A stretch of 64,000 nt of DNA, from NCBI GenBank assembly GCA_002269645.1, contig NIVC01002867.1, positions 1-64,000 on the forward strand, read 5' to 3'. Numbering within the stretch: the stretch's first letter is position 1; every line of letters starts with the position of its first letter. Positions 35,359 to 47,800 of this stretch are shown here, one piece after another. This DNA is from Macrostomum lignano. Lineage: Eukaryota. A model generated the notes under the pieces. The model searched no databases. It saw only the letters and a list, made by a program, of their open reading frames with translations, and was not told the origin of the DNA. The position numbers were made by a program, and so were the translations under genes.

Positions 35359-38110
35359 TCAGCACAGCCCCGGCACCAGCTGCAGCACCACCCGGCCCTG
35401 CTGGCTGCCGCTGTTGCCGCCGGTGACGCCGCTGCAGTCGAGGCTGTCGCAGGTGGAGCCGCCGCCCCCTCCAGCGTGGTTCCGACCCAGACCCGCGCCG
35501 CCTCCGCTGAAGCCGCCGCCAGCACCAGCGGCACCTTGACGGCCACCGTTGCTGCCGCCGGCGCCGCCGCCTCCGCCGAAGCCGCCGACGCCGGTGTTGC
35601 CGGAGCCGGCAAGGCCGCCAGTCCAGCCTTCGGCGGGACCGCCGCCGCCGTCTCCGTCATCAGTGCTCAGTCTCTGATTTATTGGCCCGCCCAGCCAGCC
35701 GGCGCCGCAGCCTCCGTGGTGGCTGTTTCCCGGGGTCCTGCTGGGGTCGTTGAAGCCCGGGCCTCCGTTGGTGCCACCAAAGCCGGCGTTATCACTATAA
35801 GAAGATGAGTCGCTTCCGTTGGGGCCTGACTGACCGGAAGTGCCTGGACGTTAAAAACAGGGGTAAGGAAACCTGTAGAAGCGTTACGAACTATGAATAA
35901 TTGTGACTGTGTTTCAACCTTGACATACTAAAGTTTTTCAGGCTCTTATAGCTATGGTACATATCATGTCGAGTAGAGGTCGTAGAGGTCAATAAGTGCC
36001 GGCAAGCGATAATTTTTTTCTTCTTTTTTGTGTCTCAACTAAAGAGCACAAGGACCTGTTTGCATGCATTCCACTTTGAGAGGCCAGTTCAAAGCAATTT
36101 CACTTACCATTTCGTCTAAGGGACGCCCCGCCGCCGCCCCCCGCGGCGACCAGAAGGCGACGGCCGACGCTGCCGACGAACACGAAGCTGCCGCCGCCGC
36201 CGCCTCCGCCGCAGTTGCCGTCGACGGCCGGTCCGCCGGCCTGACCGACCAAAACCGACAGCCGGACGCCGGCAGTCAGGTTGAAGCGGCCCGACATCGA
36301 AGCTCCGCTGCCGCCAGCTGTGCGTGCGAAGCTGTTGGAGCCGCCTGCAGCGCCCCGGGCCTCGATTCGGTAGCAGCCGGTCAGCTCGACTGTCAGCTGC
36401 TGGATGGAGCCGTCGCGGCCCGAGCTCGAGTCTGGGAGTCAGTGAGGGTCAGCGGCGTCAGCTGAGTTGCTGAGCTGAGAATGAGCTGGCATGAGAATGA
36501 GCTGGCATGAGAATGAGCTGGCATGAGAATGAGCTGGCATGAGAATGAGCTGGCATGAGAATGAGCTGGCATGAGAATGAGCTGGCATGAGAATGAGCTG
36601 GCATGAGAATGAGCTGGCATGAGAATGAGCTGGCATGAGAATGAGCTGGCATGAGAATGAGCTGGCATGAGAATGAGCTGGCATGAGAATGAGCTGGCAT
36701 GAGAATGAGCTGGCATGAGAATGAGCTGGCATGAGAATGAGCTGGCATGAGAATGAGCTGGCATGAGAATGAGCTGGCATGAGAATGAGCTGGCATGAGA
36801 ATGAGCTGGCATGAGAATGAGCTGGCATGAGAATGAGCTGGCATGAGAATGAGCTGGCATGAGAATGAGCTGGCATGAGAATGAGCTGGCATGAGAATGA
36901 GCTGGCATGAGAATGAGCTGGCATGAGAATGAGCTGGCATGAGAATGAGCTGGCATGAGAATGAGCTGGCATGAGAATGAGCTGGCATGAGAATGAGCTG
37001 GCATGAGAATGAGCTGACATGGGAATGAGCTGGCATGAGAATGAGCTGGCATGAGAATGAGCTGGCATGAGAATGAGCTGGCATGAGAATGAGAACTTGG
37101 GACTGGACTCACTTGAGAACTCGTGCGTGATGTTGAGCCTCCTTGACTCGATGACGCTGTCGATGTCGACCGCCTTCCACACCTCAGCGCCGGCCTCGGA
37201 TCCCAGCGACCTCCACGCGTGACTGCGCGGCGGTCCGGCAGTTCGCGAGGCGTCCTCGACGAAGAGCAGCAGGCTGACTGCGGCACAGCGCCTCGACCAG
37301 CAGCTGAGCAGGCAGTCTTGGATGGAGGCTGAGCTGGGCTCGCTGATGATGAGGCTGCTGACGGTCGGGTCGAGCAGGACTGGGCCGGAGGAGTTGATGA
37401 AGCGGCTGCAGCTGGCGAGCGGCTGCGTGAGGGAGGCTGGGACTGGCGGGGCGGGTTTGGGATGAGCGGCTGCGTGAGGGAGGCTGGGACTGGCGGGGCG
37501 GGTTTGGGATGAGCGGCTGCGTGAGGGAGGCTGGGACTGGCGGGGCGGGTTTAGGATGAGCGGCTGCGTGAGGGAGGCTGGGACTGGCGGGGCGGGTTTG
37601 GGATGAGCGGCTGCGTGAGGGAGGCTGGGACTGGCGGGGCGGATTTGGGATGAGCGGCTGCGTGGGGGAGGCTGGGACTGGCGGGGCGGGTTTGGGATGA
37701 GCGGCTGCGTGAGGGAGGCTGGGACTGGCGGGGCGGGTTTGGGATGAGCGGCTGCGTGAGGGAGGCTGGAACTGGCGGGGCGGGTTTGGGATGAGCGGCT
37801 GCGTGAGGGAGGCTGGGACTGGCGGGGCGGATTTGGGATGAGCGGCTGCGTGGGGAGGCTGGGACTGGCGGGGCGGGTTTGGGATGAGCGGCTGCGTGAG
37901 GGAGGCTGGGACTGGCGGGGCGGATTTGGGATGAGCGGCTGCGTGGGGGAGGCTGGGACTGGCGGGGCGGATTTGGGATGAGCGGCTGCGTGGGGGAGGC
38001 TGGGACTGGCGGGGCGGATTTGGGATCAATCTGTCAAGCTGGAGCCTGATCCACTCACCTGTCATAGAAATTAAGTAGATGTAGAAGGCTGATGACATAA
38101 ACATTTTCAT
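35359..38110 (-). CDS. Secreted protein with PAN/apple-like Cys domain and ALK/LTK-type glycine-rich domain (~394 aa, 4 exons)
   Basis: Exons 38110-38059 (MKMFMSSAFYIYLISMT, signal-like), 37436-37113 (SIQDCLLSCWSRRCAAVSL), 36431-36108 (GSIQQLTVELTGCYRIEARGAAGG...GRFNLTAGVRLSVLVGQ...GGGGGGGSFV...LLVAAGGGGGAS) and 35843-35359 (GGFGGGGG...GAGGGFSGG...GGGGS...GRVVLQLV). All junctions are phase 1 GT-AG. Confidence 0.82.
36470..37097. repeat. 16-bp minisatellite (intron 2)
   Basis: gagaatgagctggcat x~38. Confidence 0.97.
37420..38025. repeat. 47-bp GC-rich minisatellite spanning the intron-1/exon-2 acceptor
   Basis: gggatgagcggctgcgtgagggaggctgggactggcggggcgggttt x~12. Confidence 0.93.
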
Positions 38111-38590
38111 TCGAAAGAAGCTATTTTGAAGGTAATTTTTATATTTTGCAGTTTAGTCAAAAAGCCAGAAGCAAAGCTGCACGACTTTGCTATTCACCGG
38201 AATTTATACACAGACAGGCAAGAGTGACGGAAACTGTGTGCAGGTTTGCTAATGGCCTCGCCTGTGCAAACAATGCGTTTCCCATTATTGCGTGTCTCAC
38301 TGTTGGTAAACGGGATGTTTTACTAAAATTGATCAAATAAAACGAATGAAGGCAGATGGGCTTCAGTAAGTTTTATCTGGCTTTTTTATTTGAAAGCTTT
38401 TTCTGTTGACTTCACGGCTGACGCCACGGTCGCTCCCGGAGTTGTATGGTTTTCCGAGCGTAGGCAGCCAACGTTGAAGCTGCTGGAGCTGCTGGTGTCG
38501 CTGCTAACAAACGTTGGACCTGTTTTAACTCACAGGTCAGATCGAGAATCTAGCATATGACTGTGGACCATATTATGGGAGAGAGGAGAA

Positions 38591-38733
38591 CAGTGGCGCA
38601 ACCAGCAGGGGGGGACCGCCTGCACCCTAGGCGGAGACCTGAAAAAAATCATAGGTGCATTTTCGGCAAAATACAGAGACACCCCCTCCGCTCCCCCTTG
38701 GGTCTTTACAACAAATTTCTGGTTGCGCCACTG
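38591..38733. mobile_element. 143-bp MITE
   Basis: Perfect 15-bp TIR CAGTGGCGCAACCAG / CTGGTTGCGCCACTG; gagaa lies on both flanks, but the TSD is ambiguous in GA-rich context. Confidence 0.75.
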
Positions 38734-39720
38734 GAGAATAGAGAGGAGGGGAGAAGAGAGGAGAGGAGGGGAGAAGAGAGGAGAGGAGGGGAGAAGAGAG
38801 GAGAGGAGGGGAGAGGAGAGGGGGGGGAGGAGAGGGGAGGAGAGGGGAGGAGAGGAGAGGAGAGGAGAGGAGAGGGAGGAGAGGGGAGGAGAGGAGAGGG
38901 GAGGAGAGGAGAGGAGAGGAGAGGAGAGGAGAGGAGAGGAGAGGAGAGGAGAGGAGAGGAGAGGAGAGGAGAGGGGAGAAGAGGAGAGGAGAGGAGAGGA
39001 GAGGAGAGGGGAGGAGAGGGGAGGAGAGGGGAGGAGAGGAGAGGAGAGGAGAGGAGAGGAGAGGAGAGGAGAGGAGAGGAGAGGAGAGGGGAGGAGAGGA
39101 GAGGAGAGGAGAGGAGAGGAGAGGGGAGGAGAGGAGAGGAGAGGAGAGGAGAGGAGAGGGGAGAAGAGGAGAGGAGAGGAGAGGAGAGGAGAGGGGAGGA
39201 GAGGGGAGGAGAGGGAGGAGAGGAGAGGAGAGGAGAGGAGAGGAGAGGAGAGGAGAGGAGAGGAGAGGAGAGGAGAGGAGAGGAGAGGAGAGGAGAGGAG
39301 AGGAGAGGAGAGGAGAGGAGAGGAGAGGAGAGGAGAGGAGAGGAGAGGGGAGAAGAGGAGAGGAGAGGAGAGGAGAGGAGAGGGGAGGAGAGGGGAGGAG
39401 AGGGGAGGAGAGGAGAGGAGAGGAGAGGAGAGGAGAGGAGAGGAGAGGAGAGGAGAGGAGGAGAGGAGAGGAGAGGAGAGGAGAGGAGAGGGGAGGAGAG
39501 GAGAGGAGAGGAGAGGAGAGGAGAGGGGAGAAGAGGAGAGGAGAGGAGAGGAGAGGAGAGGGGAGGAGAGGGGAGGAGAGGGGAGGAGAGGAGAGGAGAG
39601 GAGAGGAGAGGAGAGGAGAGGAGAGGAGAGGAGAGGAGAGGAGAGGAGAGGAGAGGAGAGGAGAGGAGAGGGGAGGAGAGGAGAGGAGAGGAGAGGAAAG
39701 AAGAGAGGAGTGTAAAGAGG
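38734..39720. repeat. (GGAGA)n purine tract
   Basis: Direct reading. Confidence 0.97.
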
Positions 39721-40261
39721 GATTGAGGAGAGAAGGGAGAAGAAAGAGAAGCGACGGGACAAGAGAGGGGCGATTACAGAGACGGGAGCTGAGAAGAGAC
39801 AGAAACCTGAAGCTGGCCGGAGTGCTACTGTAAAATTTCAAGGACCCGAGGGCCGGATAGAGAGGCTTCGTAGGCCGGAGTCTGCAGACCCCTGGGTTTA
39901 AAAGAGAGCACACTCCATAATAGCAGTAGGAAGGATCGTCACGTTAAATTGAAGAAATTAATTAGAATAAAGTCAATAAGAATCACACGAGACCACCGGC
40001 AGGTGTTTAGAATTTACATTTCGAGACAGAAGTGCAACCAAAAGATACATTTGAAGTGCAAAAATTGGAACTTTCTCCCAACGAGGTTTTCTGTAATTCA
40101 ATATCCAAGTTAGAGATTCTGTGGTCAGGAATTCTGATAGCCGAAATATTGAGCAAGAGTGACTCAGGTCCCGTGACCTCGGATGACGTATTCGTACTCT
40201 TCCTTCTTGTAAAAAAGTTTAGACCTAGTTTAATGGGCAATGGCTAATGCAAATGATGGGC

Positions 40262-40423
<162 letters not shown>

Positions 40424-40869
40424 CAAAATTCGCAAGCACAAGGTAACTGGATTTTCTCATTTAATTTAATCAAACGACCGCCCGCTATACTTGCTGTCAT
40501 TGCCAACTGAACACCCACGCAAACAACTCCTCAATCAATGATTTTTTCTCTCTGTCCAGGCCTCACCTCATTTCAGATATCTCAATTCCTTTATCCAGGC
40601 ACTTCAAGCTTATAGCAGCAAAAGCTTAGTGAAGTATGGCGAGTTCAGATATATCAGTTGTTCCAAGAACCCGCGCGTATCTTGGCTTGACAAGATAACC
40701 GGCCCAACAAGAGGACTCACATATCTCACGAACGTGTCGCACGTGTCGTAGGGATATCAAACAGAAGGCAAGCAGTGGTACCGTATCCTTATCAACCTGT
40801 CACTGTGACTGCGCAACAGGATTGATATGATGTGTGAATTTGCCATCCGGTTGCTTCTAGAAAATTTTC

Positions 40870-40875
40870 TATAAA
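40870..40875 (+). promoter_or_regulatory. TATA box of peptide gene copy 1 (also 43409-43414, 52197-52202)
   Basis: tataaa ~85 bp upstream of an AAG|gtaagc donor (40960); acceptor cag|aATG at 41220 defines a 5'UTR intron; AATAAA at 41589-41594. Confidence 0.6.
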
Positions 40876-41221
40876 TGCGATTACTGCTTTATGCAAATAT
40901 TTAACTGAACTAAACAAGCCAAACTGATATTATCAAGCAATCGACGAAGAAACAAGAAGGTAAGCAGCGTCTCTTCATTGCTTGTTTGTGCAATTTTTTC
41001 GTCTCTTGTTGTTCTCTCAGTTTTTCTCTGTATCATTCTACACCTCTAACCTAATCCATCTATTTAAAATTCTCTGTATCTCTCCGACTCCTATAGTCTC
41101 CTATTTTCCATCCGTATTTCTGCATTTCGGTGGGCAATTTTAGATTTCACTTGTCACTACGTAGTTACGCAACATTTTTAATGAATAATTACTTAAATAT
41201 ATTCCTTCCCGACCGGACAGA

Positions 41222-41521
41222 ATGAAGTGCGTTTTCCTGATTTTCCTGGGACTGGCGGCATTCATGGTGCAGCCGTCGGAGCAGAAGGTCAACTGGGACA
41301 TCTCGGTGGACATCACGAAGATCATCAACTACGGCCTGAACAAGCTGGACACGATGTTCTCCTGCGCTAAGTACGACGGCGTCAGGGGCGCCGGCTGCTG
41401 GCACAACAACTGGGAGAAGCGCGACCTCATGTGCAAGAGGCTGAGCGCGTGCTGGTCCAGGCGCTGGTCCTACAGCCACAGTCTGCTGGGCGGCCGCTGC
41501 TACTGCTGCCACTGTCCTTGA
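41222..41521 (+). CDS. Secreted 99-aa Cys-rich cationic peptide, defensin/AMP-like, copy 1
   Basis: Hydrophobic signal peptide; 8 Cys in the mature C-terminal half; strong GC3 bias; TATA, 5'UTR intron and polyA signal present. Confidence 0.85.
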   Translation: MKCVFLIFLGLAAFMVQPSEQKVNWDISVDITKIINYGLNKLDTMFSCAKYDGVRGAGCWHNNWEKRDLMCKRLSACWSRRWSYSHSLLGGRCYCCHCP

Positions 41522-41691
41522 ACTCGCTGTCCCGGACTTCCATTCTGTGCGTGTCTTAATGACAGGCAATTGAAAAGCAAACATACCTAATAAAGGCCTT
41601 GTTGGATCAGCCTGCCAAATTGTGGCATTATTAGCAAAATGCGGCTCATTTTTGCGTTTTATTAAACTAACTGCAACTAATGCGGTAAATC

Positions 41692-42538
41692 CATGAGTGA
41701 TGAATCCATGGGTGATAGTGAATCATGAGTGACGAATGCATGGGTGATAGTGAATCATGAGTGATGAATGCATGGGTGATAGTGAATCATGAGTGATGAA
41801 TGCATGGGTGATAGTGAATCATGAGTGATGAATCCATGGGTGATAGTGAATCATGAGTGATGAATCCAAAGGTGATAGTGAATCATGAGTGATGAATGCA
41901 TGGGTGATAGTGAATCATGAGTGATGAATGCATGGGTGATAGTGAATCATGAGTGATGAATGCATGGGTGATAGTGAATCATGAGTAATGAATCCATGCG
42001 TGATGATGAATCATTAGTGATGAATACATGGGTGATAGTGAATCATGAGTGATGAGTCCATGGGTGATAGTGAATCATGAGTGATGAATGCATGAGTGAT
42101 AGTGAATCATGAGTGATGAATGCATGTGTGATAGTGAATCATGAGTGATGAATGCATGGGTGATAGTGAATCATGAGTGATGAATCCAAAGGTGATAGTG
42201 AATCATGAGTGATGAATGCATGGGTGATAGTGAATCATGAGTAATGAATCCATGGGTGATAGTGAATCATGAGTGATGAAAGCATGGGTGATAGTGAATC
42301 ATGAGTGATGAATCCATGGGTGATAGTGAATCATGAGTGATGAATGCATGGGTGATAGTGAATCATGAGTGATGAAAGCATGGGTGATAGTGAATCATGA
42401 GTGATGAATCCATGGGTGATAGTGAATCATGAGTGATGAATGCATGGGTGATAGTGAATCATGAGTGATGAATGCATGGGTGATAGTGAATCATGAGTGA
42501 TGAATGCATGGGTGATAGTGAATCATAAGTGATGAGTG
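41692..42538. repeat. 32-bp satellite 3' of each peptide gene (also 44232-44760, 53020-53665)
   Basis: gagtgatgaatgcatgggtgatagtgaatcat units. Confidence 0.95.
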
Positions 42539-42547
42539 ATGACAGAC

Positions 42548-42600
<53 letters not shown>

Positions 42601-42603
42601 CTA

Positions 42604-42644
<41 letters not shown>

Positions 42645-42647
42645 CTA

Positions 42648-42784
<137 letters not shown>

Positions 42785-42787
42785 CTA

Positions 42788-42961
<174 letters not shown>

Positions 42962-43760
42962 CAAAATTCGCAAGCACAAGGTAACTGGATTTTCTCATTT
43001 AATTTAATCAAACGACCGCCCGCTATACCTGCTGTCATTGCCAACTGAACACCCACGCAAACAACTCCTCAATCAATGATTTTTTTCTCTCTGTCCAGGC
43101 CTCACCTCATTTCAGATATCTCAATTCCTTTATCCAGGCACTTCAAGCTTATAGCAGCAAAAGCTTAGTGAAGTATGGCGAGTTCAGATATATCAGTTGT
43201 TCCAAGAACCCGCGCGTATCTTGGCTTGACAAGATAACCGGCCCAACAAGAGGACTCACATATCTCACGAACGTGTCGCACGTGTCGTAGGGATATCAAA
43301 CAGAAGGCAAGCAGTGGTACCGTATCCTTATCAACCTGTCACTGTGACTGCGCAACAGGATTGATATGATGTGTGAATTTGCCATCCGGTTGCTTCTAGA
43401 AAATTTTCTATAAATGCGATTACTGCTTTATGCAAATATTTAACTGAACTAAACAAGCCAAACTGATATTATCAAGCAATCGACGAAGAAACAAGAAGGT
43501 AAGCAGCGTCTCTTCATTGCTTGTTTGTGCAATTTTTTCGTCTCTTGTTGTTCTCTCAGTTTTTCTCTGTATCATTCTACACCTCTACCTAATCCATCTA
43601 TTTAAAATTCTCTGTATCTCTCCGACTCCTATAGTCTCCTATTTTCCATCCGTATTTCTGAATTTCGGTGGGCAATTTTAGATTTCACTTGTCACGTACG
43701 TAGTTACGCAACATTTTTAATGAATAATTACTTAATTATATTCCTTCCCGACCGGACAGA

Positions 43761-44060
43761 ATGAAGTGCGTTTTCCTGATTTTCCTGGGACTGGCGGCAT
43801 TCATGGTGCAGCCGTCGGAGCAGAAGGTCAACTGGGACATCTCGGTGGACATCACGAAGATCATCAACTACGGCCTGAACAAGCTGGACACGATGTTCTC
43901 CTGCGCTAAGTACGACGGCGTCAGGGGCGCCGGCTGCTGGCACAACAACTGGGAGAAGCGCGACCTCATGTGCAAGAGGCTGAGCGCGTGCTGGTCCAGG
44001 CGCTGGTCCTACAGCCACAGTCTGCTGGGCGGCCGCTGCTACTGCTGCCACTGTCCTTGA
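43761..44060 (+). CDS. Secreted 99-aa Cys-rich peptide, copy 2
   Basis: Protein identical to copy 1. Confidence 0.85.
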   Translation: MKCVFLIFLGLAAFMVQPSEQKVNWDISVDITKIINYGLNKLDTMFSCAKYDGVRGAGCWHNNWEKRDLMCKRLSACWSRRWSYSHSLLGGRCYCCHCP

Positions 44061-44766
44061 ACTCGCTGTCCCTGACTTCCATTCTGTGCGTGTCTTAATG
44101 ACAGGCAATTGAAAAGCAAACATACCTAATAAAGGCCTTGTTGGATCAGCCTGCCAAATTGTGGCATTATTAGCAAAATGCGGCTCATTTTTGCGTTTTA
44201 TTAAACTAACTGCAACTAATGCGGTAAATCAATGAGTGATGAATGCATGGGTGATAGTGAATCATGAGTGATGAATGCATGGGTGATAGTGAATCATGAG
44301 TGATGAATGCATGGGTGATAGTGAATCATGAGTGATGAATGCATGGGTGATAGTGAATCATGAGTGACGAATGCATGGGTGATAGTGAATCATGAGTGAT
44401 GAATCCATGCGTGATAGTGAATCATGAGTGATGAATGCATGGGTGATAGTGAATCATGAGTGATGAATGCATGGGTGATAGTGAATCATGAGTGACGAAT
44501 GCATGGGTGATAGTGAATCATGAGTGATGAATCCATGCGTGATAGTGAATCATGAGTGATGAATGCATGGGTGATAGTGAATCATGAGTGATGAATGCAT
44601 GGGTGATAGTGAATCATGAGTGATGAATGCATGGGTGATAGTGAATCATGAGTGATGAATGCATGGGTGATAGTAAATCATGAGTGATGAATCCATGGGT
44701 GATAGTGAATCATGAGTGATGAATGCATGGGTGATAGTGAATCATGAGTGATGAGTGATGACAGAC

Positions 44767-44811
<45 letters not shown>

Positions 44812-44826
44812 CTAAGACAGACAGAC

Positions 44827-47800
44827 ATACCGCTGTCTGTGTGTTTAGCGGGACCAGAGTTTTGTTAATGCATTAGGTGGACCACCTAGTTTCCTTATAA
44901 AACCGGTGTCTTTTGTCTCTACACGAAAAGTTAGCGTGGGTTGTCTTTCAGTTTAGCCTGCAGATTAGCCATCTCGTGGAAACTGCATGTCACTTTCAAC
45001 TGGGATAGCTGGACCAGCCCGGACCTGTTTTAGGTGGACCTTCAAAAAGACACCGTTTAGGTGGACCATCATTTATTTAGCAGAGTACTGGGATTATTAT
45101 CGACCCAGTACTGTTAAGCACAAGAAACAACACTAAAAGTCACGTGACAGAAGTCCCAAATACACAATATGTAATAAAGTGAAAATAATGCATTCAGTTC
45201 TACTTTGCGCCGGACTCAAGAACCATCATCACCATTAAAAACAAATGAATCAAATGCAACTAATTTTTAGACCGAGAAAAATAGTTACAAGTGCAAATTA
45301 ACGGCCAAGCAAAAGTTTAAATAGCAAAAAGTCATATTTGTTTTTCACTAGAATAATGATAAACCTAAAGAAACACACTTAACGTCCCAAATATGTGCCA
45401 AAAGGCAAGTAGATTGACGACGATATGATTAATAAATACATTTGCCTAATAAATTTCACGTATTACAATAGAACAACTTTCCACTCAATTTTTGTAAATG
45501 AAAAAAGTTTTAACGGACGGACAAGACATGTTACGACGGATAGCGGAATCATCTCACAGAAAGCCACAAGCTGTCGCAGTCAATATCATCATAAACAAAC
45601 TTTTGCGGTTAAGCACAAAAAATCGTCTTCATTTTGCCGGAGTTGCTTGCGTCACTCGTCTGCATCAAAGCTGACTTGCCGTCTCCAGACTGGGCCTGTC
45701 AAATTTGGCATTTATATGAGAATTCAGGATTGACAGTTTACAACTGATATTCTACTGAGACTTTGAAACAGACTGGCATATTGGTGTCAGTGCAGTCTGT
45801 AGGTTAGCTGGACCACCTAAACTTGAATTCCACCTCCCATCTGTGAGGCTCTTCAACAGACTGGCTCAGTTGCGTCAGTGCAGTCTGTAGGTTAGCTGGA
45901 CCACCTAAACTTGAATTCCACCTCTTATCTGTGAGGCTCTTAAACAGACTGGATCAGTTGCGTCAGTGCAGTCTGTAGGTTAGCTGGACCTCCTAAACTT
46001 GAATTCCACCCCATCTGTGAGGCTCTAAAACAGACTGGCTCTGTGGCGTCAGTACAGTCTGTAGGTTAGCTGGACCAGTTCAATTAGAATAGGATAAGCC
46101 AAATCTGAACACTTTTGCAGCAAGCTCACCACAGTAGATTCAATCTCGTCCTTTGACTAAACTGCGATGAGGCAACACGTCTGTCCACCGGACTGACCAG
46201 CGTCTCAGGTGCCTCAGCCGACTTCTTAGAAGTGTCCAGACGTGAGGTGTCAGCCTATAGTCGACTTAATGGCTCTTGGTCTTAAAGTCTTGGTCGATAT
46301 CTTGCTGGAGTTGCTTGCGTCACTCGTCTGCATCAAAGCTGACTTGCCGTCTCCAGACTGGGCCTGTCAAATTTGGCATTTATATGAGAATTCAGGATTG
46401 ACAGTTTACAACTGATATTCTACTGAGACTTTGAAACAGACTGGCATATTGGTGTCAGTGCAGTCTGTAGGTTAGCTGGACCACCTAAACTTGAATTCCA
46501 CCTCCCATCTGTGAGGCTCTTCAACAGACTGGATCAGTTGCGTCAGTGCAGTCTGTAGGTTAGCTGGACCTCCTAAACTTGAATTCCACCCCATCTGTGA
46601 GGCTCTAAAACAGACTGGCTCTGTGGCGTCAGTACAGTCTGTAGGTTAGCTGGACCAGTTCAATTAGAATAGGATAAGCCAAATCTGAACACTTTTGCAG
46701 CAAGCTCACCACAGTAGATTCAATCTCGTCCTTTGACTAAACTGCGATGAGGCAACACGTCTGTCCACCGGACTGACCAGCGTCTCAGGTGCCTCAGCCG
46801 ACTTCTTAGAAGTGTCCAGACGTGAGGTGTCAGCCTATAGTCGACTTAATGGCTCTTGGTCTTAAAGTCTTGGTCGATATCTTGCTGGAGTTGCTTGCGT
46901 CACTCGTCTGCATCAAAGCTGACTTGCCGTCTCCAGACTGGGCCTGTCAAATTTGGCATTTATATGAGAATTCAGGATTGACAGTTTACAACTGATATTC
47001 TACTGAGACTTTGAAACAGACTGGCATATTGGTGTCAGTGCAGTCTGTAGGTTAGCTGGACCACCTAAACTTGAATTCCACCTCCCATCTGTGAGGCTCT
47101 TCAACAGACTGGCTCAGTTGCGTCAGTGCAGTCTGTAGGTTAGCTGGACCACCTAAACTTGAATTCCACCTCCTATCTGCGAGGCTCTTAAACAGACTGG
47201 CTCTGTGGCGTCAGTACAGTCTGTAGGTTAGCTGGACCAGTTCAATTAGAATAGGATAAGCCAAATCTGAACACTTTTGCAGCAAACTCACCACAGTAGA
47301 TTCAATCTCGTCCTTTGACTAAACTGCGATGAGGCAACACGTCTGTCCACCGGACTGACCAGCGTCTCAGGTGCCTCAGCCGACTTCTTAGAAGTGTCCA
47401 GACGTGAGGTGTCAGCCTATAGTCGACTTAATGGCTCTTGGTCTTAAAGTCTTGGTCGATATCTTGCTGGAGTTGCTTGCGTCACTCGTCTGCATCAAAG
47501 CTGACTTGCCGTCTCCAGACTGGGCCTGTCAAATTTGGCATTTATATGAGAATTCAGGATTGACAGTTTACAACTGATATTCTACTGAGACTTTGAAACA
47601 GACTGGCATATTGGTGTCAGTGCAGTCTGTAGGTTAGCTGGACCACCTAAACTTGAATTCCACCTCCCATCTGTGAGGCTCTTCAACAGACTGGCTCAGT
47701 TGCGTCAGTGCAGTCTGTAGGTTAGCTAGACCACCTAAACTTGAATTCCACCTCCTATCTGTGAGGCTCTTAAACAGACTGGATCAGTTGCGTCAGTGCA

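Noticed and set aside
41189-41584. 131-aa antisense ORF over each peptide gene
   Set aside because: Shadow of a GC3-rich sense CDS; promoter, intron and polyA signals all support the plus strand.
46080-46300. Protein-like frames on the minus strand of the 668-bp unit
   Set aside because: Short, stop-bounded, no recognisable motif.
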